A stretch of DNA of 64,000 nt, from the NCBI GenBank assembly GCA_025201805.1, contig MU619259.1, forward strand, positions 37,238 to 101,237, in the 5' to 3' direction. The position numbers and the translations under genes are program-made. This document shows positions 36,501 through 49,052 of this stretch, piece by piece. Below the pieces are notes generated by a model. That model worked only from the letters and a program-made list of their open reading frames with translations, was not told where the DNA came from and did not search any database. Position 1 is the stretch's first letter; every line of letters starts with the position of its first letter. This DNA comes from Parasitella parasitica NRRL 2501. Taxonomy: Eukaryota > Fungi > Mucoromycota.

Positions 36501-38760
36501 GTGTTTACGTGATTTTGTGATTTTGTGATACTAACTTGAGTTTCAGCCAAATGTCATGATGATGAGATCTGCTCAGGCTGCGCAAAGGAACTGGCAATGC
36601 CTCTGTACAAAGACGGCCTTCAATGCAAGCTGGACGACACTGAATTAGAGATATTTGCCAGGATGCGTTTGGTGGAGGCTTACTACAAGTCAAACAACTC
36701 AAACGCTTCTATCCAATTGGACCTGGTCGAGCCATTGCTTGATTCCATCACTGATGCACAAGAGAGAAACTCTAAATCAGCAGACTTGTATTACTACAGA
36801 GGTAAAAATAGCTCGTGAGCGTGGATGTACTTTTTTTTTTTTCCCTGGTTACTTACACCTCTTTTAGGATTACTATCGTTACATAATGGGACAATCTATA
36901 ATTACAGAGAAAGAGCACGGCTATTTCTTACAAAAGCTGACCAACTCGGCCACATCTACGCATGTCTGGAGCTCGCTTATCTCTATGGTACGACTCAGTA
37001 TCAAGAGGAGAAAGCGGATGCATGCTTCCAAAAAGTAGACAGTAGCAACGCTACTCCATTTTCGCTCAAGAGCAGGATCACCGAGTCCATGGTCCAGTTC
37101 CGCAACAAGAATATCCACACCCCAAACGACTATCTGCTGGAAATCAGCAAGATGAAGTTGGCTGCTGGCATCACCTACAGCTATTACAACATGGAGCGCC
37201 AAGCTCTGGATTGGTTGCAAGAAATTTCTGATAACCCGTTGGCGCAAATTATGATCTTGTACTACAAGATGAAAGACATGAAGCAGAGAACCGCACAAAA
37301 CATGAGGCGCATCTCTGATTTAATGAATCCCTTTGAAGCCACTCCCCAGCTCGATTACTACAGTAGCATGGCTTTGAGCTATGGTCAGTTCCGTCTTGGA
37401 CAGTGCTACGAAGACGGCGACTTTGTTCCGCAAGACAACAACAGGGTGCTTGACTACTATACTAAGGCGTGTGCCTACCTGCAGAACAATGAGACCTACG
37501 AGCGTCTGGCTGAAATCTCTGGCAAAAGCGGTGCCGATATAAATCTTTTCCCTACTCTTTGTAACGCTGCTCGTAACGATCCCGCTGCCATCTTCAAATT
37601 GGGCCAGTATTATCACCACAAGGATCTGAATCCTGCTGACCCTGACGTTCCCTGCAAGAAGGCCGCTGATCAGTACCTCAAAGCCGCTCAATCTGGACAC
37701 ACCGAGGCCTGCTATTACTATGCCAAGTACCGCATCGATCAAATGCGTAAATCCACCGAACTGAATGCTGCCGTCAAGTCCAAGAAAGCCGCGCACTACT
37801 TACGCATTGCCGCCAATAAAAACCACGGCCCTTCATTTTACGAGCTGGGTAAACTGGAACTCGCTGCTGGCTTGTATGAAGACGGCAAAGAAGATTTGCA
37901 AGAAGCCGATTTCCTTCAGTGCGGTGCTGCTAGCTTTGAGCTCGGAGAACTCTATAGAAAAGGGTTTGTTGGCGTGATCTCTGACAAGATTACATTTCGT
38001 ATCACACAAAACTTAGACAGAGCTCTCGAGTATTACCGAAGAGCCATGAATTTTGGTTATGTCATGGCCATGATTCGCATCGGCGATTTTGTAGAAACTG
38101 GAGCTCTTGGTGACCAAAGCACAAGCCAAGCCAAAACATGGTACAAGCGCGCTTTAAGCCAGGGCTGTCCTGACGGAGCTGCTGAATACGCTCTAGGCTG
38201 TCTGGAAGAAACTTGCATTAGTATCACTCAGGCTTCCGGTGACGCTCTTCGAAAGCATCGCCAAACAGCCTTCAGGTGGTTCACGAAATCATTGGAAGCC
38301 AACAACAAGTCTGCCCAGTTTAAAATTGGCTGCTATCTGCTTCATGGTTGGGTCTCTCCGTCTTTGGCAAATAGTGTAGATCGAGGTTTACACATTTTAC
38401 AAGAAGAGAATGCCAATGGTAATGTCTTGGCCATGAAGGAGTTGGCTCGTTATCATCAAGGAGTTGGTAATACGAAGCGTGCATTTAGTTACTGGCGCAA
38501 TGCTGAACTCTTGAATGATCCTGAGGCTCTTGAATTCATTGCCGAGTGTTTCCAAAAGGGTCTGTTGGGTCAAGCTGTTGATACAGAAGCAGCACTAGAA
38601 TACAGAGCCCGTGCTTTAGAAGCTCGTAAGTTTTTTTTTATCATCATGAATTCTTTTACTGACATTTTTTTTCATAGGCAAACAAGCTGTAGAGACACAA
38701 CGCAGTATCATGGGCTTCAAGTCTGATTACTCTGATGAGAGACACGATCGTTCCAAATAA
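33590..38760 (+). CDS. Large Sel1-like repeat (SLR) protein with Pro/Ser-rich N-terminus
   Basis: Many SLR units (AQYRAGRMLY, CQYYVGLMLQRG, ALTQVGVYYFSG...DLDKAFQYFSAAA, GQFRLGQCYEDG, ASFELGELYRKG, AQFKIGCYLLHG). About six exons, ending ...ERHDRSK*. Confidence 0.9.
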
Positions 38761-39026
38761 CCAACTCTACAAATATCTTTTATGCGCACAAAAAAAAAAC
38801 ACACAAGTTGTAAATTATTTTTCATCTACCATGCCTATTCGTTTATCACATCTCCTTTTACACTATCATTACTTTTATTTATTTATTTTATGTATAGACC
38901 ATTTCTTTTTTTTGCATCTCTTAATTTATTTAACTAACTGTACTCTATATATTTCATGAAATCTTAACTTATTTATTTCTTATACAACTACAACAATTCT
39001 ACTAATATCCTATGTACTCTTTTATT

Positions 39027-39071
<45 letters not shown>

Positions 39072-39755
39072 TCAAAAAAGCTAGATACCTTGGGCTTCGA
39101 GCTTATGTCTCACTCTGTTTAGCTGATACGAAGAGTATCATTTTTTGTGCCATCAATAAGTTTGAGGCAATGGCTTCGACATTTTAAACCCTCTCAAATG
39201 GGATGTCCTCATCCAAAATCGATAGGAAAAAGTATTCTAAAGTTACCAATTTTCTACTTGATGAATTGTTACTCAAATTTATTTTAGTAAGATGCTTTAA
39301 TCATGTATACTATCATAGAGAAAAAAACACACAAGCGATTGAACTGGAATATCTCACGTTGATATTGAGAGCACTCCAATCGCTCTATTTTCTAATGATA
39401 GAGGCTCTTCTTCACAAACCCTCCCTTCATCTGTCACTCGTTTTGATTTGTAGCATTTGCCAAAGTCTGGCGTACACATTGGAAATGCGTTTTGATGTCG
39501 CAGCACTGACATCGGATACTTACCTCATAGATTAACTTCCCTTCTTTCACTCCGAGCGCTGCTTTGATTCGAACACACAAAAAGTCTTCATGAACAGCAA
39601 ATAAAAATCATCAACAAATGTAAGGTCTTTCGTCGAACGCTATCCTACTGTGACATCTGCAAGCAAGAGTTTTTGACGAAAAAAAGTGTAGATTAAAAGA
39701 GTAGGTAAAAACTGAATCTACTTTTACATAAACGCTTTTATTTGTTAATTAAAAT

Positions 39756-41527
39756 TTACTTTTGCTCCTCCTCCTCATCCTCTTCATCCTCGTCGTCTTC
39801 ATAGTCGTCTTCCAAATCTTCCTCAGATGGAACGGCATAAACACGAAGAATAGGTCTATTAGGATCCTTCATCATAACATAAGTGCCCTCAGGTAGCTGC
39901 AAACACATATCCACGACAGCCTTAATAATACCCCAACCATTATTCAAAGACAAGTTCATTTGAGAAGCAAAATCACGAGGCTTGTAGGCGTGAGTGCCCA
40001 GAATGACATGACGAGAGTTATCCTTGGGATTGCAACGAGCAACATAACCCAGCTTGAGTTGTTGGGCATCAGCCAAAAGAGCTTGGACAGCCCAACGAGC
40101 CAACTTGGCTGCGTTGTTTCTCATTTCCGTAGCAACCACAGCACCACGCTGAGAATCTAAGCTCTTCTTCCAAGGAAGAGCTGCGCCAGCGCCTTGGGCA
40201 GTGGGGTCAAATTCGTTCAAAGCACGAATAGTGGCATAGCTAGTACCATTAGGTGTCTTGACAGCAGCATCCACTTCTGTACGAACAATCAGTTGGACCT
40301 TGTTATCTTCTTCAGCAGCATTAGGTCCAGTCAGGTCGAATCCTCTGTAGCGGTAACCACACGATGCTAATACAGCTTCAGTATCAGCTGTAGCAAAGGG
40401 ATTACGGTTTTCAAACTTAATGGCCTCTTTATCGAGCACTTGGCGAGAGAAATTTTGATTGATATAAGTTGCTTCATTGCAAAGAGCAGACCACGAGTTG
40501 ATGGTATCCTTGTCGCTTTCAGCAGGAGGATCAAAAGAGTTTTCATTGACGGTGACAAAATCAAACACACCACCAGGACGCTTATCCAAAATCACCTTAC
40601 CATCAGCAGTTTTCTTGACCACGATATCCCAGGGATACACGGTACGAGTAGCACACATCAAGAGGGAAAGGACGTCATCGGTAGCAAAGACGGTAGCTTT
40701 GTTCTCTTTGATATATTGCTGAATGATGGGATCCTCAGACGTCGTAGTCGCATACTTGACACGATCAATGTGTGCAAGCATCTTTTCGTGCTTGGTATTA
40801 ACACGATCATATGCCTTGTTGTAAGTGTTGACTGAACCGTAGGTGGCAATTTCGGTAACTTGAGGAATGTTAAAGTTCAACTTGCTCAAACGACTAAACT
40901 CGATTTCATCCAAAACCTTCCAATCAGCACCAATGTTGATGGAAGCATTGCGAACACGTTGAGGCTTATCGTAATCCTTATGACCGTATCTACGTCTATT
41001 ATTTTGTTGCTGATAACGGCCGCCGCTGGCACGTTGACCGACAGTACGGTAACCGCCTTGCTTATTGTTTTGAACACGGTTGCTACGAACATTGCTACCG
41101 CCACCACTAACAGCCTTCATGGCTTGCTTCTTAGTGCCTGAAGATCTATTGTCAACAACAGAGAAAGACGACTCGTCTTCGTTGTGAGTGTAAGCAAATG
41201 CAGAGGCAAAAGAAGCGCCGTATGCTTGATGTTGATCTATTGATTTGCTGGTTAGTCAAGATTTGCCTCTATCTAAAACAAGCAAAATTTACCTCTGTTG
41301 AAACGGTTGAAGCCAGCTCTTTGACGGCCTTGGACCTCTCTGTTGTCTTGCTTTTGGCCTTCAGGATTGGACCAGTCGGCAACACGACCTAATTTATCGG
41401 CCTTGCTGTAAGGAGCATAGGGAATATCTTGAAATTGCTCAGGAATTACATCAGTGGCAGGTCCCCAGCCACCTTCGTTGTCATGAATAGTGGGGAGGAA
41501 AAAGTGAGGCTTGGTAGAATCAGTCAT
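39756..41527 (-). CDS. EIF3D: Eukaryotic translation initiation factor 3 subunit D
   Basis: N-terminal IHDNEGGWGP...DIPYAPYSKADKLGRVADW, EEDESSFSVVD-like segment, YPWDIVV, LNEFD, LDSQRGAVVATEMRNNAAKLARW and MKDPNRPILRVY. Coding intron ~41227-41292. Confidence 0.97.
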
Positions 41528-41767
41528 TGTATTATTATATGTCGATCTTTATTGCGGTACGGATTGAGCAATCAAGTTAGCTTCGAGTAGGAGTGAACCA
41601 AATGATAGAGTATACCTTTCAAATTATCAAAGCAAGAAGACTACAAGCTTTGAAAAGAAAAACTTTTTTTTACTCTAGTAATTCAACTGTGATCCTGTGA
41701 CGACTGTAACCACAGAGAGAAGACCGGAGATGCAACAGCAACATTGCCATCCTTCATCCATTTCATC

Positions 41768-42122
41768 ATGAGCGAAATATCCACAGGGCAAGGATTCAAC
41801 GCTGTGCTGGGTCCTGCTGTATTAGAGATAGATCAGGCCATTAGCTCTGTGCAGAAGAGCCAGGAGAATCTGGGGAAAGAGATTGAACGGCTTGTAGCAG
41901 GTATTATCTAAAAGGCCAGTGCACTCATACAGGACTAACAATGCTCTAACCAAAGAGTTGGAGCTATTCACTGACATTGCTGAGCCTCCGAAACTGCAGC
42001 CATCCTTGGAAAAATTGGTGGACGCCAAGAACAGATTGACATCAACGAACAGGCTGCTGGCAAGAACAAATGAAAGAGTGGAGAGGCTACAAAATGAGTT
42101 GAAGCAACTCCAACATCGATAA
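41768..42122 (+). CDS. BLOC-1/BORC subunit snapin-like
   Basis: Two exons: MSEISTGQGFNAVLGPAVLEIDQAISSVQKSQENLGKEIERLVA and ELELFTD...LEKLVDAKNRLTSTNRLLARTNERVERL. A ~99-aa coiled coil with the snapin pattern. Confidence 0.8.
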
Positions 42123-42414
42123 TAAAAATCATATTCACAACTACTGATAAATTCATTTGAACGCATACCAATATGTATTGCCATTATCAACAAGCTCATC
42201 AACTTTTATGAAAGAGCGTATTTTGGCTCAGTTCGCATTACTATACCTTTTTGGTCTTTTATACCTCTGGTACAAAATCATTCTTCAAGATACTGAAATA
42301 CGTGAATGCAGTATAGATATCGAAATCTATGAATATTTAGCTTTTATATAAATATACCTAGGCGATGACACGTAAAAATGCTTCAATTATTAAAAAAAAA
42401 AAAAAAAAAAAGGT

Positions 42415-43963
42415 TTATTCAAAAAACTGGTTCTGTTGCTGAGGTGGAGAAATTTTGTTTTGCAGTAAGGGTGATGTTTTGTTGTTGGCACTCATTGTTT
42501 GAGCTTGATAGTTGGCAGCGGATGCAATCAATGGAAGTAGCTCCGGTGGCAAATTGTTCAACTGAACACCAATATCTTCAAGTAAAGAATATACATCTCC
42601 TTGTTGAGGAGTAGCAGTGGCAGGATTAGGTTGACCTAAACTTGCTAATGATGAACTGGATGAGGAATGCACAAGACCAGGTGGTGGGGAGGATGACATG
42701 TAATTGAAATAGGATGAAGTAGAGGTAGTATTCGTTGGCGTTGATAGCAAGGGATTAGTAGGCGTGGGGAGTGAAGTGCCAAAGAAAGTAACGTCAGCGT
42801 TATCGTAACTGTGGTTGGGTAAAGAGCTCGATAAAAGCGGCTGATTTTGCAAATAAGATGGCGTTCGAGGTTGAGGTGTTGGTGGACGAGTTTGTTTTTG
42901 AATGCTACGACGTTGACGCTTAATTTGAGAGGGACGAGTAGGCATAGCCTGTATTTTACTTGTAGTAGGTAATGAGCTTGAGAGCCCGGGTTCCTTTATA
43001 GCAGTAGCAGCAGCAGCAGCAGTAATACTACAGGTTGTTGCTGCAGAAGAAGGCGCAGTGGCACCTCTATTTCTCTTCTTGATAACATCTGTTTTAAGAC
43101 TTAGTGGCCTTACAACACCATGAAGTTTTAAAAACAGGCCACAGGCGTTGCAAAGTGGATTTCCACTAGGATCCCTACGCCAAAGCGGTGTAGTTTGGGT
43201 TGAACAGTTGTAACATTGTGTTTGGCCATTTTTTTGAGGTTTGTGTTGCTGGTGATTGTCTTCTTCTACTGAGGACGCAGATGGAGACGGTGAATCTGCA
43301 TACTCGAGATAGTTGTTGTTGGCTGGAGCAGGTGCAACATTTAGAGCAGCAGTGTTTGCGCCAGAAAATTGACCAGGATTTGCAACAGGACTGTAATACA
43401 TGTTCAACATCTCTTCAAAACTGACGCCACCCATGTTCAAAGCAGCAGGAGGATCGCTTCCAAAGAAAAATGTGGAGGATGATGTTGGTGCATGATATGG
43501 CTCAGAATAACTCACAGCATCGTCATTAAAATTAACAGGGATATTGATGCTATCAGTTTTCTACAAATGCATGTATGAGAATCTGGGTACTATATGGTGA
43601 GTAACTAATTTCATGATTTACCATTGGTGGTGATTCAGAAACTATGTGCGTCTCTACCGTTTTGGTAGCCGCCTCATTTGTGGGTTCCGAGGATACTTGA
43701 GCATTATCATTCTTCTTCAAGGTCATTGCCATCATACGCCATGTTAGATTTTCTAATCTAGACCCATTGGGCAGTGTATCCTTGGCTTTTGTATACATTC
43801 TCCAAATTTGACTTGACAAGGGATCTTTTTTCTTTTCGTCTTGATCGACTTTATCATCCCGCATCTCCTGGTCGTCTTCAGGAAACAGATTACATGCCAG
43901 CACTTGGTCAGCCATGCGGGTCGTAATCGATGTATTGAACTTTTTTCCATTCATTGGCAGCAT
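42415..43963 (-). CDS. AreA/Gat1-like GATA transcription factor (DUF1752 + GATA finger)
   Basis: DUF1752-type [36 protein letters not shown] and GATA finger [50 protein letters not shown]. One intron ~43563-43621. The start codon is uncertain. Confidence 0.93.
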
Positions 43964-45129
43964 TTTCGTAGTATTGTATATATTCACTTGCAAAATTCAA
44001 TGTGTTTTTCACAAGAAAGAAAGAGAAAAGAAAGAGCGTTTCAAGCGAGATTTACGGCTCTTATGTGCAACTAAGGCACCCTGTGCTGATTTATGAACCG
44101 ATCTCCTAACGAATTACTCTATTTGGCAGCCATTTTTCCTATGAAATAATGTAACTGGTGCATAGAAAGTTTTGATGAGTTTAATAAATAAATAGATGTG
44201 AGTCGCCTTGAATATTTTTAGTAGGAGATCACTATCTTTGCTTATTATATATAGCGGATGCTGCTCTCTTTGACCATTTCATTTTATCAGCATGAGTTCT
44301 TTTTAAGGTTATCAGAAATATATATGACTTACCAATTTCATGTGGAAATAGCATTACGGAGAAATTAAGGTGCTACAGCGATTTTTCTTCCCGAATTCTC
44401 CATCGCAAACACAACTCTGCAAATCCGGTATTGTGTACTCATTGGAATGATTGGCTGGAATACTAGCAATAATGTTTTGCAATTGGAGGAAAACTCATAT
44501 CACTATATGTAAATCTTTATTGATCGAAAATTCGCAATAAGACCTTGTCATCATTTATGAAGAAACGAATTTATATAGGGCATGTTTAAGCATCACTTGC
44601 TGAAATAATAAACTTGGAGATATTTCCCTTATCTGAAACAAGATCAGATACAGTGGAAACGTGGTGGTGGTGGTGGTCTTATAGTAATTTAATGTATTTG
44701 CTCTTCATGCTTACATGCTGTTTTTTTTTTTTTTTTTTTTTAATCAGGTCAAATCTAGCCTTTATGTTGTTCTTTTAAACAGTGATTGATACAAGTGTGC
44801 TACCATGCACATGCATTAAGTTTTTTTTTGTTACCATAACAACGTCTTTTTACAGATTTTTTAGGACAGCACGAACCATCTTGCCGAGGACGAAATAAGG
44901 TCTTGTGATCAAATCAACTAAATGACTGATTACGGTTTATCCCGTTGGTCTGCGTGTGCTACCTTCAATTACGCACGCGGAAAGAAAAAAGGGAGACCCC
45001 ACACATACAAAAACTTCTTTTTATCGTTATCTTTTTATTACTTGATATAGCTAATCATTTTGCATTATATTTATTTCTTCAATGATTATTATGTAATGTA
45101 TATATAAAAATAATAACAACAAAGCATTA

Positions 45130-47980
45130 TTAAGCATCTGCGCTTGCTGTTATAATACGAATAATTCGTTTGCGACCTTCTCCTGAAATATTAATTACAT
45201 TTTGATCTTGTAATGACTTCAGAACATCTTCAAATGATCTATTATCCACAGGCTAAATTGAACAAATTGTCAGTTTTCCTTCTCTAGAAATTTGAAAACC
45301 TCTGCTTACCACTTGACTTTGTTCATTGAAATCTTTATATAATTTAGCAAACTCAACACGGCCATTAGAATAGGATGACAGCTTGGAAAGCAGTGCTTCT
45401 TTAAGGCTATTTTGAAGATTGCGTTCGTGTGATGCTGTGCCTGATAAAATGAGATCCATGTCAATACGGCCAGTCTTCGGATCGGTGGCATAATCCTTAA
45501 TAGCTTCACGTAAAAGTCGAGATGCTTCAGTAACATCTATAATGTCCACGGTTGGCGATAATCTCATTTTAGCATGTGCTTCAGCCATGCGAATCATGGA
45601 TTCTAACTGACGAGTAGTTGCTGTTACGCGCTTTTCGGACCCACCACGGTCCTGGCCCTGTTTACGAAGTTCAACATAACTATCTACTAGTTTGGATCCT
45701 GCTTCTTCACTTAGAATAGGTTGCACTTTCTCTCTTGCGTAGCTGATGTATTTGGTTAATAATTCTACACTGATAATGTCGTTTCCGCCGGTCAATGGGT
45801 TATCTTCCATGTAAAGTGAGACTAAATGTTTGGCAAGACGACGATCACAATCTTCGTCGACACGGTCTAAAATCAAGTATAATAAATCGAATCTAGATAA
45901 AAGCGGTGGTGGCAAATCGAGATTTGCAGGTACTGACAAGTTCTTGTTCCATCTTGATCCGATAGGATTAGCGGAGGCACAGATCGACGTCCTAGCGTTG
46001 AGTGTAGTAATGATACCAGCTTTAGCAACAGAAATGGTTTGTTGTTCCATGACTTCGTGCAACACTGATCGAGTAGAGTCTGACATTTTATCAAACTCAT
46101 CAATACAACAGATACCTCCATCACTGAGGACGAGTGCACCACTTTCCAACACCAATTGACGCGAATCGGGGTCTCTTGTAATGTAAGCTGTCAAACCGAC
46201 GGCAGAAGAACCTTTGCCAGACGTATATACACCACGAGGAGCAATTTTATGCACGTATTGGAGCAATTGAGATTTACTGGTACCTGGATCACCGACAAGC
46301 AAAACATTGATATCGCCTCTAAAATGAGGCGCTCCAGATTTTTTAAAGCTCTTATGAGTACCACCAAACAACTGCAACAAGATACCCTTCTTGACATCAT
46401 CCAGTTCGTAAATGCTAGGCGCGAGTGACCGGGCCAACGTATCGTACAAGTTGCTGCGTCTACTCAATGCAAGGATTTCGTTTTCATCATTATTTGAGAC
46501 AACATGGATTTCGTCGCTTTCCTCATAACTAAACGACACAAAAAAAAACAAATAAATATGCCACCCTATTTACAAATATAAAAGACACTTACGCTTCAGG
46601 ATCAAATTCGGAAATGACATATTTATCAGTCTGCATACGCTTTTTGTCGGTTCTTTTAATATGAACAACATCCAAATAAGTTCTAAAAAGAGAGCGGATG
46701 GTTCTTTGCTTGGGATTGACACGAACAGGAACACCACGGAAAATACCTGTAACTTCCAATCTATCACCAGGCTTACCTACGTCAACCAAATCATCGTACA
46801 AACACATAGTGACAGTTTGAGGCGTTTGGCCGTCAGGAACAACGTCAGGAGTTTCCTGAATTCTGGCGACTTGCTTGTCAGAGAATAAACAACGATTGTG
46901 CACCAAGGTCATTGAGTTTTCGGAATTGCAAGATTCTCGGCCACAGCGAGTAGGCTCCAAGATTCGTCCACGATCCACATTGACAGTAACTGTATAATCG
47001 CAAATCAAACAACGGAAAAATGCTTCCTTCATGTCCGGGATGACGGGTGAGGCACGAATCATCAAACCCTTGATAGTAATCAACTGATCAACATCTAGAA
47101 GATGTTTGAATTGACACAGTCTCCCAAATAATAATATCGTTAGACTTACTCTGAGGATCTAATTCTCTCATATTGACACTTTCTTTCAAGTTAAAAGGAC
47201 GGATCTATAGGGTGTCATTAATAAAACAAGCAGACTAAAAAGCCTTACAAATAATACCTTCAATTGAAATCTGCCAAAATCGGTATTGGGGAACAAACCC
47301 ATATAGAACTCGGTAATAGTGTGATCCATCAATGGAATGATTTCTTGGGGATATTTGACAAGCTGGTCATACAATTTATGCGTTTCTCTATAAGCTCTCA
47401 AGTTGCTACAATCAAGATTTACGTTGGTAGCATTTGTATCATAGATATGTGTCAGCAGCATAGGATAGAAAGGTCGTTCATCCTCCTCTGTGATGAGTTC
47501 CAAATCTTCACGCTTGCGGTGAGCCAAGGTGAAATTGTTGAGAAAATTGCGGAAGCTGGTCATGGCTTCATGAATGTTGACAGTGGTACCCCAAATAAGC
47601 CTTACCGAGAGGGAAGGGTCGCTTTCTTGAGTATCCATGTTCTGTAGAGAAGATAAAGGACGGGCACCAGGTGTTTGAGGTGCGTATGGTGTACGCACGA
47701 ATGTAGTGTTGGTCTGCGGTGTGCGAGGTGAATCATATCCTGAGCGCAACGGAGTAGAGGGATAGGCTAAGGGTGAAGTAGCGCCAATATCATCACCCAG
47801 CAGCGTCGATGACAATTCAGAACGCCTGTTTCGCATACGTGATGGTGAACCAGGTGTGCGAGCGTAAAATCCAGGGGAACTAGGCTCGATTTGAGATGAG
47901 AGCATGTCAGTACGACGACCGTAATAACGTCCTGGTGTGTCAGGAATGTTATCAGATGGCAATTGATTATGGCTACTCAT
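45130..47980 (-). CDS. MCM4: DNA replication licensing helicase subunit MCM4
   Basis: SP/TP-rich N-terminus, LIWGTTV, YPQEIIPLMD, Zn finger, Walker A GDPGTSKSQ, IDEFDKM, arginine finger SRFD and ATTRQLES. Four introns. Confidence 0.98.
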
Positions 47981-49052
47981 ATTTATTTTCTGTAGAATCA
48001 ATCGAAAAAGGGAAGAGAACTTGTTTGAAAATTGTTTTTACAAGCGCGTAAACGTGTTTTTTCTAATGGTGGCTTGTCTAGCAGCCATGGATGGAAGTGT
48101 TGTACCTTATTTTTTGATTGGATTTGATTCATTTTGGAAACTCTGCAAGGAAGGCATTGTTCAGCACCAAATGAGCATGCAAAATATTCACGGTAGATAC
48201 GACTAAAATCGATTTAAGCGCATGATTTGGGTGAATTTACGGACAACGTCCTATAAATCACACTTTCGAAAGGCCTTATCGCATACTTTCAAGCATCCCT
48301 TGATGCTCAAACATGATCGAAGCCATTTCTACAATCATGTAGCTACTCGTCATACTTTATTTTCTCGTTTTGCAAACTTTTAACAATCAAGCAATTTTGG
48401 GCCTTCAACCCTTGTAAATACTCATGAAAATTGGATCGATTCAGTCGATCGCATTTTAAACGATGAAAATGAAAAAAACAACATGGCATTTCTAAGCTCA
48501 AAATAACCAGAGACTATTCATGCTTAGTCCCTAACATTTGGATCTGACATTTATTTTGCAAAATCTTGATATTTATGTAAAAAACCGATTTTCAGAAAAT
48601 CGCCATTTACAAGAAATTTGTAATGCCAATATTTGCTGTAAATAGCATGGTTCGCTGTATGACCAAATTACCCAAAATTTTAATTAAATGAATTATGCAT
48701 GATTGATATTATGTTTCTTGAGGTATCCTTGAAAAAAGTAAATTGATACATCGCAATCTACATGTTGATGGACGAAATCCAAAAAGCTAATGAGCCGGTG
48801 TTTGAATGTTTAACTGGTGGTGGTGATGAAAGGGGTTTCATTGGCTGTCAGTTTGCCTGGTTAGACATGCTCTGACAGGCTGATTGTTTATGTTGTTGCA
48901 ACCATCATATCCAACACAGAATGTCCATAGTTAATAAAAATAGAATATTTAATTTTTTCTATACAGTGTTTATTAATTACATTTTTGAAGGAAAATAAAG
49001 ATTGGGATTTTTTTGGAGAAAGGTTATTTTTGATTTTGGAAAGCATCATTGT

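Noticed and set aside
39516-39580. ATACTTACCT resembling the U1 snRNA 5' end
   Set aside because: No U1 stem-loops or Sm site follow. It is more likely a chance or relic minus-strand splice donor.
44885-44905. GAGGACGAAA resembling a hammerhead ribozyme core
   Set aside because: No correctly placed CUGANGA or stem II partner.
48200-48690. Weak inverted similarity suggesting a MITE between MCM4 and aconitase
   Set aside because: The match is too short and AT-rich to distinguish from chance.
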